From Escherichia coli (GTDB lineage: Bacteria; Pseudomonadota; Gammaproteobacteria; Enterobacterales; Enterobacteriaceae): DNA of 64,000 nt. How positions within the stretch are numbered: the stretch's first letter is position 1; every line of letters begins with the position of its first letter. The position numbers and the translations under genes are program-made. The notes below the pieces were generated by a model. The model did no database searches. It saw nothing but the letters and a program-made list of their open reading frames with translations, and was not told the DNA's origin. This document shows, piece by piece, positions 38,658-48,778 of this stretch. The stretch is from the NCBI RefSeq assembly GCF_003334405.1, contig NZ_QOWM01000002.1; one strand, written 5' to 3'.

Positions 38658-39242
38658 TTAACGGTAATCCAGCGTTACGTTAACGATAGCGTCTGCTTCC
38701 CCTGGGGTGATTTCTGATGGAACTACGGTTGATACGTAGTAAGCGATGAGGTCAACATTGACAATACCATTGGATTCCGCCGGGATCTGATAAACCGTGT
38801 TATCATTGCCCATAGCATTCAGTGGCATAATGTTTCCGCTTTCCGCATCGTCAATACGGATACCCACACCTGTTGCCGCTATGCCAGCAAAAGAGCCTAC
38901 TTTTGCCAGATTAGGGAAGTTAGGGACGGTGCCATTATCTCGCGTTTCCAGCCATAGACGGAAAGACGCTTCAACGTTGCCGTTATCGTGCTCCCACCCA
39001 GTCATTGGGCAGTTAACTAAAGGAATAGTGAATGGAATTTTTGGGCTACGCTCGCCAATATTACGAAACTGTTCGGCATTATAGTGACCAAGAGCAACTT
39101 CAATTTTCTTATCAGAGTCATTGATTTCACAAGCGGATTTTAAAATCTCGCCATCAAAAACTATTTCACCATCGGTTGCAGCGGCATTACCTGCGAAAAG
39201 CGCAAGTAAGCCCGCAATAGCTGTTTTTGTAACTTTATTCAT
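38658..39242 (-). CDS. yraH: fimbrial major-subunit-like protein
   Basis: 194-aa ORF with signal peptide MNKVTKTAIAGLLALFAGNAAA; first gene of the operon, preceded by a 400-bp AT-rich region. Confidence 0.85.
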   Translation of the reverse strand: MNKVTKTAIAGLLALFAGNAAATDGEIVFDGEILKSACEINDSDKKIEVALGHYNAEQFRNIGERSPKIPFTIPLVNCPMTGWEHDNGNVEASFRLWLETRDNGTVPNFPNLAKVGSFAGIAATGVGIRIDDAESGNIMPLNAMGNDNTVYQIPAESNGIVNVDLIAYYVSTVVPSEITPGEADAIVNVTLDYR

Positions 39243-39642
39243 ATATAACCTTATCCTTGTAACAAGTACATAATCATATTTAATGTGAATATATGTTCAA
39301 CATCTTTAAAGATTATACAGGCAGAAATATTTCATTGAACATTAAATAGACTGAACTTTAAGATTATATTTATATGCAAATATTTGATATTTTCATTATA
39401 TTGATATCAATTTTCTATGTATTCAAAAGAGTATAAATGCCTGACTTTGCTGCGCCAGGGGGCGAGTCAGAATACGAGGTGATTTATTAATAGAACAAGT
39501 TATATGTATATCTAAAATTAAATTGTTGAACATAACTCCTTTTGCTATCGGCGTTATGTTCAACCCAGTCAAATGTTATTTAATATAATGCGTGACTGTT
39601 ACATAAGTTAATTTAAACATTTTGAGCAAATTTTTCATCTGG

Positions 39643-40398
39643 TTAGGTGTTAATTAAACAAATAAAGTTACTGTGCAGCCATAAAAATGAAGCCGGGATA
39701 GCGGTAGAGACTTTAGCCGTGAGAAAACGATCTGTCGCATCCTGCTTTCCTTCGCCAGTCACCAGTAACAAAACTTCGCGGGCATTGAGAATATCCTTCA
39801 GGCCTAAGGTGATCCCACGAGTCACGGGGCGACCCGCGGTTTTTAACATCTCATGTTGCTGTGTTCTGGCATCAAGTTGACTGATATGGCAGGCCGGTTG
39901 CAGGCTTTCTCCCGGTTCGTTCAGCCCAAGATGACCGTTTTTCCCCAATCCGAGAACGCATAAATCCAGACCGCCTTTGCGCGCAATCAGGTTCGTTACC
40001 CGTTCGCACTCTGTCTCATTTATCTCTTCGGAGCGAAAGCTGATGAGCTGGTCTTCACGTAGCCCCAGCGGCTGCACGATATGCTGTTGCAGGAAAGTTT
40101 CGCAGGTGCCTGGCATCGTTAATGGCAGATCCACCCATTCGTCGAGCTTCACGAAGGTGAGCTGGCTGACATCAACCTGCTGCTGGTGGATTTTTTCTAC
40201 CAGATAATGATACGTCAGTAATGGCGTGGCTCCGGTCGCCAGGCAAATCACGGCATTCGGTTTGCTACGGATCACGGCCAATAAATATTCGCTGGCACGT
40301 TCACTTAACGCCGTATAGTTTTCAACTTGCTGAAGGGTTTGCACAGGATGAAATTCCTTAAGTAAAGAGGCACCACCAGACGCAGTGCCTCGTTCCAT
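39643..40398 (-). CDS. agaI: galactosamine-6-phosphate deaminase/isomerase (NagB-like)
   Basis: 251-aa ORF; last gene of the aga operon. Confidence 0.88.
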   Translation of the reverse strand: MERGTASGGASLLKEFHPVQTLQQVENYTALSERASEYLLAVIRSKPNAVICLATGATPLLTYHYLVEKIHQQQVDVSQLTFVKLDEWVDLPLTMPGTCETFLQQHIVQPLGLREDQLISFRSEEINETECERVTNLIARKGGLDLCVLGLGKNGHLGLNEPGESLQPACHISQLDARTQQHEMLKTAGRPVTRGITLGLKDILNAREVLLLVTGEGKQDATDRFLTAKVSTAIPASFLWLHSNFICLINT

Positions 40399-41190
40399 TT
40401 ACAAAATGCCGAATGCGGAACAAACAATAGAGAGCATAAAAGTCACGCCGATTAACAGCACCGGATGCGCTTTTTTCACCCGCAGGAAGTAATACATCAG
40501 CAGGGTGTAGGCCATCGGTAAAATGTTCGGGAAGACTTTATCGAAGAAATCCTGCTGCAGCGCAACGCTGTGGGTATTGTCGATGGCAAACGATGTCACC
40601 ACGTTAATATGCACATACGAAGCGATCAGCCCGCCGATTACCGTGATCCCGAGGATGGTTGCCGAACGGGCAATCATCTGCGAGTTCTCTCGCACTTTAT
40701 CGATCGCCTTCACGCCGACTGAATAACCGACGTGGGTCCAGCCGACGCGCAGGAAAAAGATAAGCAGGTAAACGGCGAAAAATAGAATCGGCCCCAGCAG
40801 GTTTCCCTGGCTGGCAAATGATGAGCAAATTCCCGCCATAATCGGCAACAAAGTAAACCAGAAAATCGCATCGCCAATCCCGGCGATTGGGCCAAACAGT
40901 GCCACTTTGAGGCCTTTAATGGTGTCGCGGTTTTCTCCTTTTTCTTCCATCGAAATTAATAACCCCATCAGGAATCCGACCAGATTCGGGTGGGTATTAA
41001 TAAATTCGAGGTTATCTTTCATCGCCGCGCTTAAGCCCGGTTTGTCGTCCTTATAAATCTTTTTCAGGATCGGCAACATCGCCCAGGTAAAACCGCCCGC
41101 CTGCATCCTTTCGTAGTTAAAGCTCGCTTGCAGCAGCGACGAACGAAAGCCCAGACGGGTGATATCTTTTTTACTGATTTCAGATCCCAT
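40399..41190 (-). CDS. agaD: PTS mannose-family EIID component (galactosamine)
   Basis: Track ORF 40399..41337 trimmed to MGSEISKKDITRLGFRS. Confidence 0.88.
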   Translation of the reverse strand: MGSEISKKDITRLGFRSSLLQASFNYERMQAGGFTWAMLPILKKIYKDDKPGLSAAMKDNLEFINTHPNLVGFLMGLLISMEEKGENRDTIKGLKVALFGPIAGIGDAIFWFTLLPIMAGICSSFASQGNLLGPILFFAVYLLIFFLRVGWTHVGYSVGVKAIDKVRENSQMIARSATILGITVIGGLIASYVHINVVTSFAIDNTHSVALQQDFFDKVFPNILPMAYTLLMYYFLRVKKAHPVLLIGVTFMLSIVCSAFGIL

Positions 41191-41983
41191 TGCTGTAGTC
41201 CTCTTCTTCATTTTTACTGGCAACGGGCTGCGGTTGCGCTTGCTGCCGGGATTTCGCATTGAAAAACTCATACACCGCAAAGCCTGCGCCCAGTACGGCA
41301 ACCGGCAACAGGTTGCTGACCTGGATGTAGCAAACAAACAGGAAACCGGCGATCAGGTAAGGGATATATTGCGCTTTGAACATTACGCGCAGCAGCAAGC
41401 CAAAACCAACGGCAGGCAGAATACCGCCAGCCACTTCAAAGCCGTGGGTCAGCCAGGCGGGCATCGCTTTCACCAGCGCCTGCATCGCCCCCTGTGCCAG
41501 GTAAGTACAGAGGAAAGCAATCACCGCATACGCTGAAGCGACGATGAGCATCGTTGTCCAGTTAAGCCGGGAAAACGCTGCCGTATCCGCCTCTTTCGCG
41601 CATTTATCGGCTTTGGTCATAAATAATGAGAAAGCGGAATAGAAGAACAGAATGACGTACTGCATTAACAAACTAAACGGCAGGCCAAGACCAATTGCTG
41701 TTTTGGCATCAACGCCCGTAGACCATGCAATGACGGTGGTCATCAGACCCGCCATAATCGGGTTGGGCGGCTGAACACCACCTGCAGGGGTTAATCCGGC
41801 GAAAGCCAACTCTGTCAGACCACCGGTAATTAAGCCAGTCTGAATATCACCGAGAATAGCGCCAGTTAGGGTACAAACGATTATCGGGCGGAATAAAAAT
41901 AAGGCTTCCAGCCAAAAATCAATCCCCAGAACAAAAACTAACGCCGCCAGGGATAATCCCTGAAGTAGGGTTATTTCATGCAT
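41180..41983 (-). CDS. agaC: PTS mannose-family EIIC component (galactosamine)
   Basis: 267-aa membrane ORF; overlaps the agaD start. Confidence 0.88.
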   Translation of the reverse strand: MHEITLLQGLSLAALVFVLGIDFWLEALFLFRPIIVCTLTGAILGDIQTGLITGGLTELAFAGLTPAGGVQPPNPIMAGLMTTVIAWSTGVDAKTAIGLGLPFSLLMQYVILFFYSAFSLFMTKADKCAKEADTAAFSRLNWTTMLIVASAYAVIAFLCTYLAQGAMQALVKAMPAWLTHGFEVAGGILPAVGFGLLLRVMFKAQYIPYLIAGFLFVCYIQVSNLLPVAVLGAGFAVYEFFNAKSRQQAQPQPVASKNEEEDYSNGI

Positions 41984-42021
41984 TTTTATTACCTCAAACC
42001 AATATTAAGGCGATTTTAGAT

Positions 42022-42498
42022 TTAGTCAGGGATTTGTTCTTTTTGATCGCCAGGGACGTCCTGAATGAAAACATTCACGCCACGTTGTTTAATAAAACGT
42101 AAGTCCGTGAGATCCTGGTCATCGACATAAACTTTACTGCTGATTTGCTTTTTCCCTTCCGAGAAATGCATATTGCCGACGTTGACATCTTTCAGGTCAA
42201 TACCACCTTCTACCAATTTACGTACCGTTTGTGGCGTACGGCAAATCAGGAAGATCTTCTGATGTGGTGCAGCTTTGCCGATGACGTTAATGGTTTTTTC
42301 GATAGTAAAGAAACGAATGCCAAAGCCGTAGGTTTCCGCGGTAATACCCATTAATTTCTGTTGAATATCATCGTTAGCGACAACATCATCCACGACTACC
42401 AGCAGATTTGCACCGATGGTGGATGTCCAGGTCACGCCAACCTGACCGTGAACCAGACGGTTATCAATACGGGTTAAGAGAATATTTGGACTGGTCAT
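42022..42498 (-). CDS. agaB: PTS mannose-family EIIB component (galactosamine)
   Basis: 158-aa ORF; phosphorylatable His context NRLVHGQV. Confidence 0.88.
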   Translation of the reverse strand: MTSPNILLTRIDNRLVHGQVGVTWTSTIGANLLVVVDDVVANDDIQQKLMGITAETYGFGIRFFTIEKTINVIGKAAPHQKIFLICRTPQTVRKLVEGGIDLKDVNVGNMHFSEGKKQISSKVYVDDQDLTDLRFIKQRGVNVFIQDVPGDQKEQIPD

Positions 42499-42664
42499 TG
42501 TGTAATCCTCACCATAAAGTTGAATAATATAATTTTTTTAAATATATTATTGTTGCGATATTGTAGTGATGTATTTATTAAGGTTTAGTTATCTCCTTTT
42601 CCATTAAGGCACTCCCCGATATTAATCGGGAAGTACATTGGGATAAATCATAAAAAACTAATGA

Positions 42665-43537
<873 letters not shown>

Positions 43538-44692
43538 TTATGCCTGCCACGGATGAATGATTACGCCTTGCACCACGCGGTTAACGGTGCCACTGGCTGA
43601 TGGGGTATCCGGCGTATTGCCCATGTGCAGCGACTGCATCAGTGCAAACGTCTGGGCGTACATCAGGAAGCAAAATGCCTGCTCAACGTCGATAAAGTGA
43701 CGTGACGGTGGCAGGATGATATGTGGACCGGCAGCGACGATGTCGCTGCTTTCCGCGGCGATGGCGATTACACGCATTGCCTGGTTGTCACGGCGAAGTT
43801 CAGCCAGCAGATCAAGATCATACTGACGGGTGTAAGGGTGGCTGGAGACAAATACCACCACCAGCGTTTCGTCATCGACCAGCGATTTTGGTCCATGACG
43901 GAATCCGGTTGGAGAATCATAAAAGGCCGCCAGTTTACCCGCCGTCAGTTCCAGCACTTTCAGCGCCGACTCGCGTGCTGCGCCCTGTAAGCCACCGCTA
44001 CCGAGATAAACGATCCGTTTCCACGGTGCGTAACCAAACACACCTTCGCTGAAATCGCCCAGTGAGGTCAGGATCGCCTGGCAACGATCCGCCACGTCGC
44101 GGAAGGTTTGGCTGTTGATCGTCTCAGGTGCGAAAACCGCGAGGCAGCTGGCCATCATGGTGGTAATGCTGCTGGTCATCGCAAAGCCGCGATCGTGCGT
44201 TTCTGCGGGCATCAGCAGGGCAAACGCGTTATCGCTGTTGATCGCGTTTTGGTAAAGAGCGCCCGCTTCGTTGCAGGTGATCGGCAGGTGATAGCATTCC
44301 GGTACAAATTGATTTGCCAGTTCCACGGCTGCGACGCTTTCCGGGCTGTTGCCGGATCGACCGAAGGAGATCAACAGCAGCGGATGAGCTGGGTTCAGGT
44401 AGTCCATCGGATTGGTGACCAGATCGGTGGTCGGTACGGCGCTGAAGTTTTTACCGGTATGGCTGGCGAGCCACGGCGCGATGATGTCACCGATAAATGC
44501 CGACGTTCCGGCTCCGGTCAGGATGATCCGCAGATTCTCTTTGCGCAGTAACGGTTCAAGGAAGTTATTGAGCGCGGAACGTAGCGCGTCGATGTTGGTG
44601 AGTGAACGGATCCATGCGCGAGGCTGATGGCGGATCTCTTCTTCAGTCCATGTACCGGTTGCGGCGGCAGCAGGGGTGTAATTTTCTGGCAT
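43538..44692 (-). CDS. agaS: SIS-domain sugar-phosphate isomerase/deaminase AgaS
   Basis: 384-aa ORF with tandem SIS domains. Confidence 0.9.
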   Translation of the reverse strand: MPENYTPAAAATGTWTEEEIRHQPRAWIRSLTNIDALRSALNNFLEPLLRKENLRIILTGAGTSAFIGDIIAPWLASHTGKNFSAVPTTDLVTNPMDYLNPAHPLLLISFGRSGNSPESVAAVELANQFVPECYHLPITCNEAGALYQNAINSDNAFALLMPAETHDRGFAMTSSITTMMASCLAVFAPETINSQTFRDVADRCQAILTSLGDFSEGVFGYAPWKRIVYLGSGGLQGAARESALKVLELTAGKLAAFYDSPTGFRHGPKSLVDDETLVVVFVSSHPYTRQYDLDLLAELRRDNQAMRVIAIAAESSDIVAAGPHIILPPSRHFIDVEQAFCFLMYAQTFALMQSLHMGNTPDTPSASGTVNRVVQGVIIHPWQA

Positions 44693-44729
44693 AACTCAAT
44701 CCTTAGTCTGATGAACTTGACGTCGGGCG

Positions 44730-44880
44730 TTGTCGCTTTCACTTGCCTTTCGTTTCATTTCACTTGGTGATGTCTTTCGTTGATTAAAATCTATAGAAAA
44801 GAAACTGAAAGTTCAATGGAGAAAAAAGAAATAAAACGAAATTTGTGATCGTTGAAAGAAAAGATAAAGGAAGCAAAAGG
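44730..44880. promoter_or_regulatory. agaS promoter region with DeoR-type (AgaR) operator-like repeats
   Basis: Repeated CTTTCGTTTCATTTC / GAAACTGAAAG / AAACGAAAT motifs upstream of agaS. Confidence 0.4.
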
Positions 44881-44884
44881 GATT

Positions 44885-44990
44885 GCTGGATGCGGCGCAA
44901 ACGCTTTATCCGGCCTTGCGGTCACCAACTGTAGGTCGGATAAGACGCGTTAGCGTCGCATCCGACACCGCTGCACAGATCAAAACGAAA
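44885..44990. repeat. REP-like palindromic units between agaA and agaS
   Basis: gatgcggcgcaaacgctttatccggcc and gtaggtcggataagacgcgttagcgtcgcatccgaca. Confidence 0.5.
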
Positions 44991-45042
44991 GAAAAAGAAA
45001 GGCCTTACGGGGGAAGTGAAGGCCCAATAAAGGAGCAAACTA

Positions 45043-46176
45043 TCAAAACGAAGCTAATTGACCCTGAATCCAGATTTGTTGCACATGTAGCCCGCTATCC
45101 AGCGCAACGACGCTGGCGCGTTTGCCCGGTTTAAGCGATCCCAGAACACCATCAACACCCAGCATTCGCGCCGGATGCAGCGACGCCATATGGATGGCTT
45201 CCGCAGGCGTTACGCCCGTCAACTCGACCATATTGCGCACTGCCGCATCAACAGACAGCGTACTGCCCGCCAGCCCACCAGACGCGGTACGGACAACGCC
45301 ACCGTGCATCTGCACTTCTTCACCACATAACGTATAGCGACCATCCGGCATCCCAGCTGCCTGCATCGCGTCGGTGATCAGTACGATTCTCTCTTTCGCA
45401 CAGCAACAACACAGCGACATTGCCGCCGGATGCACATGATGACCATCGGCTATCAGTTCCAGCCAGGCGCGCTTGTCCGTTAATCCCGCGCCAACCATTC
45501 CCGGTTCGCGGTGATGTAAACCTGTCATCCCGTTATAGCAATGCACCAGGCCGTCGGCACCAGCATCAAATGCGGCGCGGGTTTGTTGCCAGGTCGCCGC
45601 GCTATGCCCCAGCATCACCCTTACGTTTTGCTGTTTAAGATGGCGGATGGCCTGCAATGCCCCTTCTTTTTCCGGTGCCAGCGCTACCACACGTAAGGTG
45701 TGCTGAGAAACGGCAATCAACTGATCCAGCTCGGCAATTTCAAGCTCGCGAAACAACTCCGGCGGATGCGCGCCTTTATTCTGCGGCGTGAAGTACGGTC
45801 CTTCGAGATAACTCCCCAGCACTTGCGCACCAGGTCCGCCGCGTTGGCAACGTTGAGCAATACGTTTCAGCGCCGCATGAATGGTATTAAGCGGCGTGGT
45901 TACGGTGGTCGGTAACCAACTGCCGACACCTTCGCGTGCCTTGTGCATTGCCAGCTTGTCGAGTACATCCGGCGCGTCATCCATTACATCAACGCCCGCA
46001 CCACCGTGTACATGGGTGTCGATGTAAGCAGGGCAGAGCAGTTCCGCATCGCGTTCAGTCACGCCCGCTGGAATCGGTTCGATTGCTGCGATGACACCGT
46101 CAGCAATACGCAACTGATGGTCATCGAGCCATCCCTCTTCAGTCAGCAGCCTTCTGGCGCGCAGAACGTGTGTCAT
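45043..46176 (-). CDS. agaA: N-acetylgalactosamine-6-phosphate deacetylase, full length
   Basis: Track ORF 45043..46197 trimmed to MTHVLRARRL; metal-binding HVHGG near the N-terminus; not truncated as in K-12. Confidence 0.86.
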   Translation of the reverse strand: MTHVLRARRLLTEEGWLDDHQLRIADGVIAAIEPIPAGVTERDAELLCPAYIDTHVHGGAGVDVMDDAPDVLDKLAMHKAREGVGSWLPTTVTTPLNTIHAALKRIAQRCQRGGPGAQVLGSYLEGPYFTPQNKGAHPPELFRELEIAELDQLIAVSQHTLRVVALAPEKEGALQAIRHLKQQNVRVMLGHSAATWQQTRAAFDAGADGLVHCYNGMTGLHHREPGMVGAGLTDKRAWLELIADGHHVHPAAMSLCCCCAKERIVLITDAMQAAGMPDGRYTLCGEEVQMHGGVVRTASGGLAGSTLSVDAAVRNMVELTGVTPAEAIHMASLHPARMLGVDGVLGSLKPGKRASVVALDSGLHVQQIWIQGQLASF

Positions 46177-46607
46177 ATTCCTTCCTCGACCGGACATTCT
46201 TCATGGCAGCGGCCTAACTCGTCCACCAGACTGGTCAGCCCTCGGTGTCCACACTCCAGCGCCTGTACACGGAATTCTTCACCGCTTAACCCTTCGCGCT
46301 CCAGCACCATCTCCAGTAGCAGTTGCAAATTGGTGCCGGTGATCACTTCACAGCCCGGTTTTTGCATCGCCAGCGTTGAAGCTACGCGAAACGGCGTGCC
46401 GCCCAGCAAATCCGTCAGAAAAACAATGCCGTCTTCACAATCCAGTTGGGCGATGGCCTCTTCAAGCTGCGATGTAAGCAGCGCGGTGCTTGAGGTTTCC
46501 GGAAAATCGATGGCGATAAACTGCGATTGCTCACCGAGAATTTGCTTCATTGCTTTTTCCATGCCGCTGGCAAACCCGCCATGCCCTGTCAAAATAATAC
46601 TTAACAT
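46173..46607 (-). CDS. agaF: PTS mannose-family EIIA component (N-acetylgalactosamine)
   Basis: 144-aa ORF starting MLSIILTGHGGFASG; this gene is absent from K-12. Confidence 0.85.
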   Translation of the reverse strand: MLSIILTGHGGFASGMEKAMKQILGEQSQFIAIDFPETSSTALLTSQLEEAIAQLDCEDGIVFLTDLLGGTPFRVASTLAMQKPGCEVITGTNLQLLLEMVLEREGLSGEEFRVQALECGHRGLTSLVDELGRCHEECPVEEGI

Positions 46608-46624
46608 CTAATACCTCATTGTAT

Positions 46625-47509
46625 TTAAAGGAAATGGCAGAATTTACCGACGATGCCGAGAACCACGGTAACTGCAATCAGACGCAGCGGACTCCAGCCG
46701 CGGCGTACCAACCAAAACATGGTCAGGGTGTAGACCAACGGTAAGAAGGCCGGCATCAGTTTGTCGATAACATCAGCCTGTAACTTAACCACTGCGTCGC
46801 CCGCCGTGATTTCCAGCGTGGTGCTTAAACGAACATAGGTTGCCACCAGCGCACCGATTACCGTCATCCCAACGATAGACGCAGCATGGCCGACTTTTTT
46901 GGTATTCGCTTTAATCAGTGGAATCGCCGCCACGCCCATGCGGTAAGCATAATGCGCCAGACCAAAACGCAGCCCCAGGTGTACCACGTTGAACAGCACA
47001 ATAAAGACGACTGCGCCAAGAATGGAGCCTTGCAATGCCAGACTGGCTCCAATCCCGCCACAAATCGGCAGTAGCGTTAGCCAGAACATTGCATCGCCAA
47101 TCCCGCCAAGCGGCGCACCGACGGCAATTTTGGTGCTCTGAATACTGTTAACGTCCTGCTTAGAACGCTCCATCGCAAGGATAATGCCGATAACAAACGT
47201 CACCAGAAACGGATGGGTATTGAAGAAACCCATATGCCCCTTCATGGCGCGCGCCAGGTCGCGTTTATTAGTGTGGATCTTTTTCAGAGCAGGCAGCAGA
47301 CCGTACAACCAGCCAGAAGCCTGCATACGTTCGTAGTTAAAAGACGCTTGTAACAGCATGGAACGCCAGGCGACGCGGTTGATATCTTTTTTCGTCAGCT
47401 CCGCGCCAATGCTCTGATCTTCATACACGTTTTCATTGACGCCAGTCAGCAATGTTTCTTCGTTTTCACTGACGTTCGGCAGGGTGGTTTGATTAGATGC
47501 CATCTTCAA
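46625..47509 (-). CDS. agaE: PTS mannose-family EIID component (N-acetylgalactosamine)
   Basis: 294-aa ORF homologous in layout to agaD; absent from K-12. Confidence 0.85.
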   Translation of the reverse strand: MKMASNQTTLPNVSENEETLLTGVNENVYEDQSIGAELTKKDINRVAWRSMLLQASFNYERMQASGWLYGLLPALKKIHTNKRDLARAMKGHMGFFNTHPFLVTFVIGIILAMERSKQDVNSIQSTKIAVGAPLGGIGDAMFWLTLLPICGGIGASLALQGSILGAVVFIVLFNVVHLGLRFGLAHYAYRMGVAAIPLIKANTKKVGHAASIVGMTVIGALVATYVRLSTTLEITAGDAVVKLQADVIDKLMPAFLPLVYTLTMFWLVRRGWSPLRLIAVTVVLGIVGKFCHFL

Positions 47510-48272
47510 ATTCCTCTTTCTGTGCCGCAGGTTGAGTCGGTTCAGGAGATTTACGCAGCAAGTCGATCAGCGCCATCGCCAGCGCAGCGGCAGCAATAGC
47601 CAGCACTGGTAACTTGAGCCAGGCGGCGGCAACAAAGCCCAGGATGAAGTAGGGGATGTAGACGTTTTTCATCATGATTTTCAGCAGCACGGCAAAACCG
47701 ATTGCTGGCATGATGCCGCCCGCGACGCCGAGGCCGTCGATTAATCGTTGCGGCAGGACATCAATGATGGTTTTTGCATGTTCCGCGCCGAAGTAGATAG
47801 GCAGGAAAGCGCAGAGAAAATAGAAAATGCCGAGTGCCAGCAGTGCCAGATAGTTCACGCGTTCAATGCCGCGAGTATCGGCGTTCTCCGCCATCCGGTC
47901 GCAGCGAGACATCACGCCGGACATCACCGAGAACAGGAAGGTAATCCCCATCTGTACTGCGACAGCGAAAGGTACGGCGACACCTACTGCGACATCGGGT
48001 TTCACGCCAGTAGTAATGGCAAACGCCGTGCCGACGATAGTACCGATAATCACGTTAGGCGGCTGTGCGCCCGCCAGCGGGGCCAGCCCCATCCACACCA
48101 GTTCCAGCGTACCGCCGGTTAAAATTCCGGTATGCAGATCGCCAAGTACCAGCCCGACCAACGGGCCGAGGACCACCGGGCGGTGCATATGGGTTAGGCC
48201 GTTAAACATATCCAGGCCAGCGATAAAGGCGATAATGCCCAACGCAAATGCCTGCAACAGGCTGATTTCCAT
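47493..48272 (-). CDS. agaW: PTS mannose-family EIIC component (N-acetylgalactosamine), full length
   Basis: 259-aa membrane ORF; truncated in K-12. Confidence 0.85.
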   Translation of the reverse strand: MEISLLQAFALGIIAFIAGLDMFNGLTHMHRPVVLGPLVGLVLGDLHTGILTGGTLELVWMGLAPLAGAQPPNVIIGTIVGTAFAITTGVKPDVAVGVAVPFAVAVQMGITFLFSVMSGVMSRCDRMAENADTRGIERVNYLALLALGIFYFLCAFLPIYFGAEHAKTIIDVLPQRLIDGLGVAGGIMPAIGFAVLLKIMMKNVYIPYFILGFVAAAWLKLPVLAIAAAALAMALIDLLRKSPEPTQPAAQKEEFEDGI

Positions 48273-48282
48273 GATGAATCCC

Positions 48283-48756
48283 TCAAAGTAATTTAAAGAG
48301 GTCCACAGCAGGCTCTGTCGGGACGCCCTGAACGAAGCATTCCACCCCAGCGGTTTTCAGGTCGTTAAATGCTGCGATATCGCCCGCATCCACAGAAACC
48401 GTTTTGGCGATTTGTTGTTTGCCATTGGCGTAGTGCATATTGCCAACGTTAATGCGATTCACCGGAACGCCACCTTTCACCAGCGTCAGGAAATCGGCGG
48501 GTGTTTTACAAACCAGCAGGATTTTCTGTCGATCGGCGGCGCGATGAATGTTGTCGATAACTTTTTGCAGCGTCCAGAAACGTACGGCGATCCCTTCTGC
48601 CAGTACCATTTCCATCAGGTTTTGTTGTACCGGATCTTCGGCAACCTCATCGTTGGCTACCAGCACCAGATTTGCCCCCGCAAATCCGACCCATTGAACG
48701 CCGACCTGACCGTGAATCAAGCGTTCATCAATCCGGCTTAAAACAATATTTGGCAT
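48283..48756 (-). CDS. agaV: PTS mannose-family EIIB component (N-acetylgalactosamine)
   Basis: Track ORF 48283..48792 trimmed to MPNIVLSRIDERLIHGQV. Confidence 0.85.
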   Translation of the reverse strand: MPNIVLSRIDERLIHGQVGVQWVGFAGANLVLVANDEVAEDPVQQNLMEMVLAEGIAVRFWTLQKVIDNIHRAADRQKILLVCKTPADFLTLVKGGVPVNRINVGNMHYANGKQQIAKTVSVDAGDIAAFNDLKTAGVECFVQGVPTEPAVDLFKLL

Positions 48757-48778
48757 AGCGTGTTCCTCTTTGTTTTGC

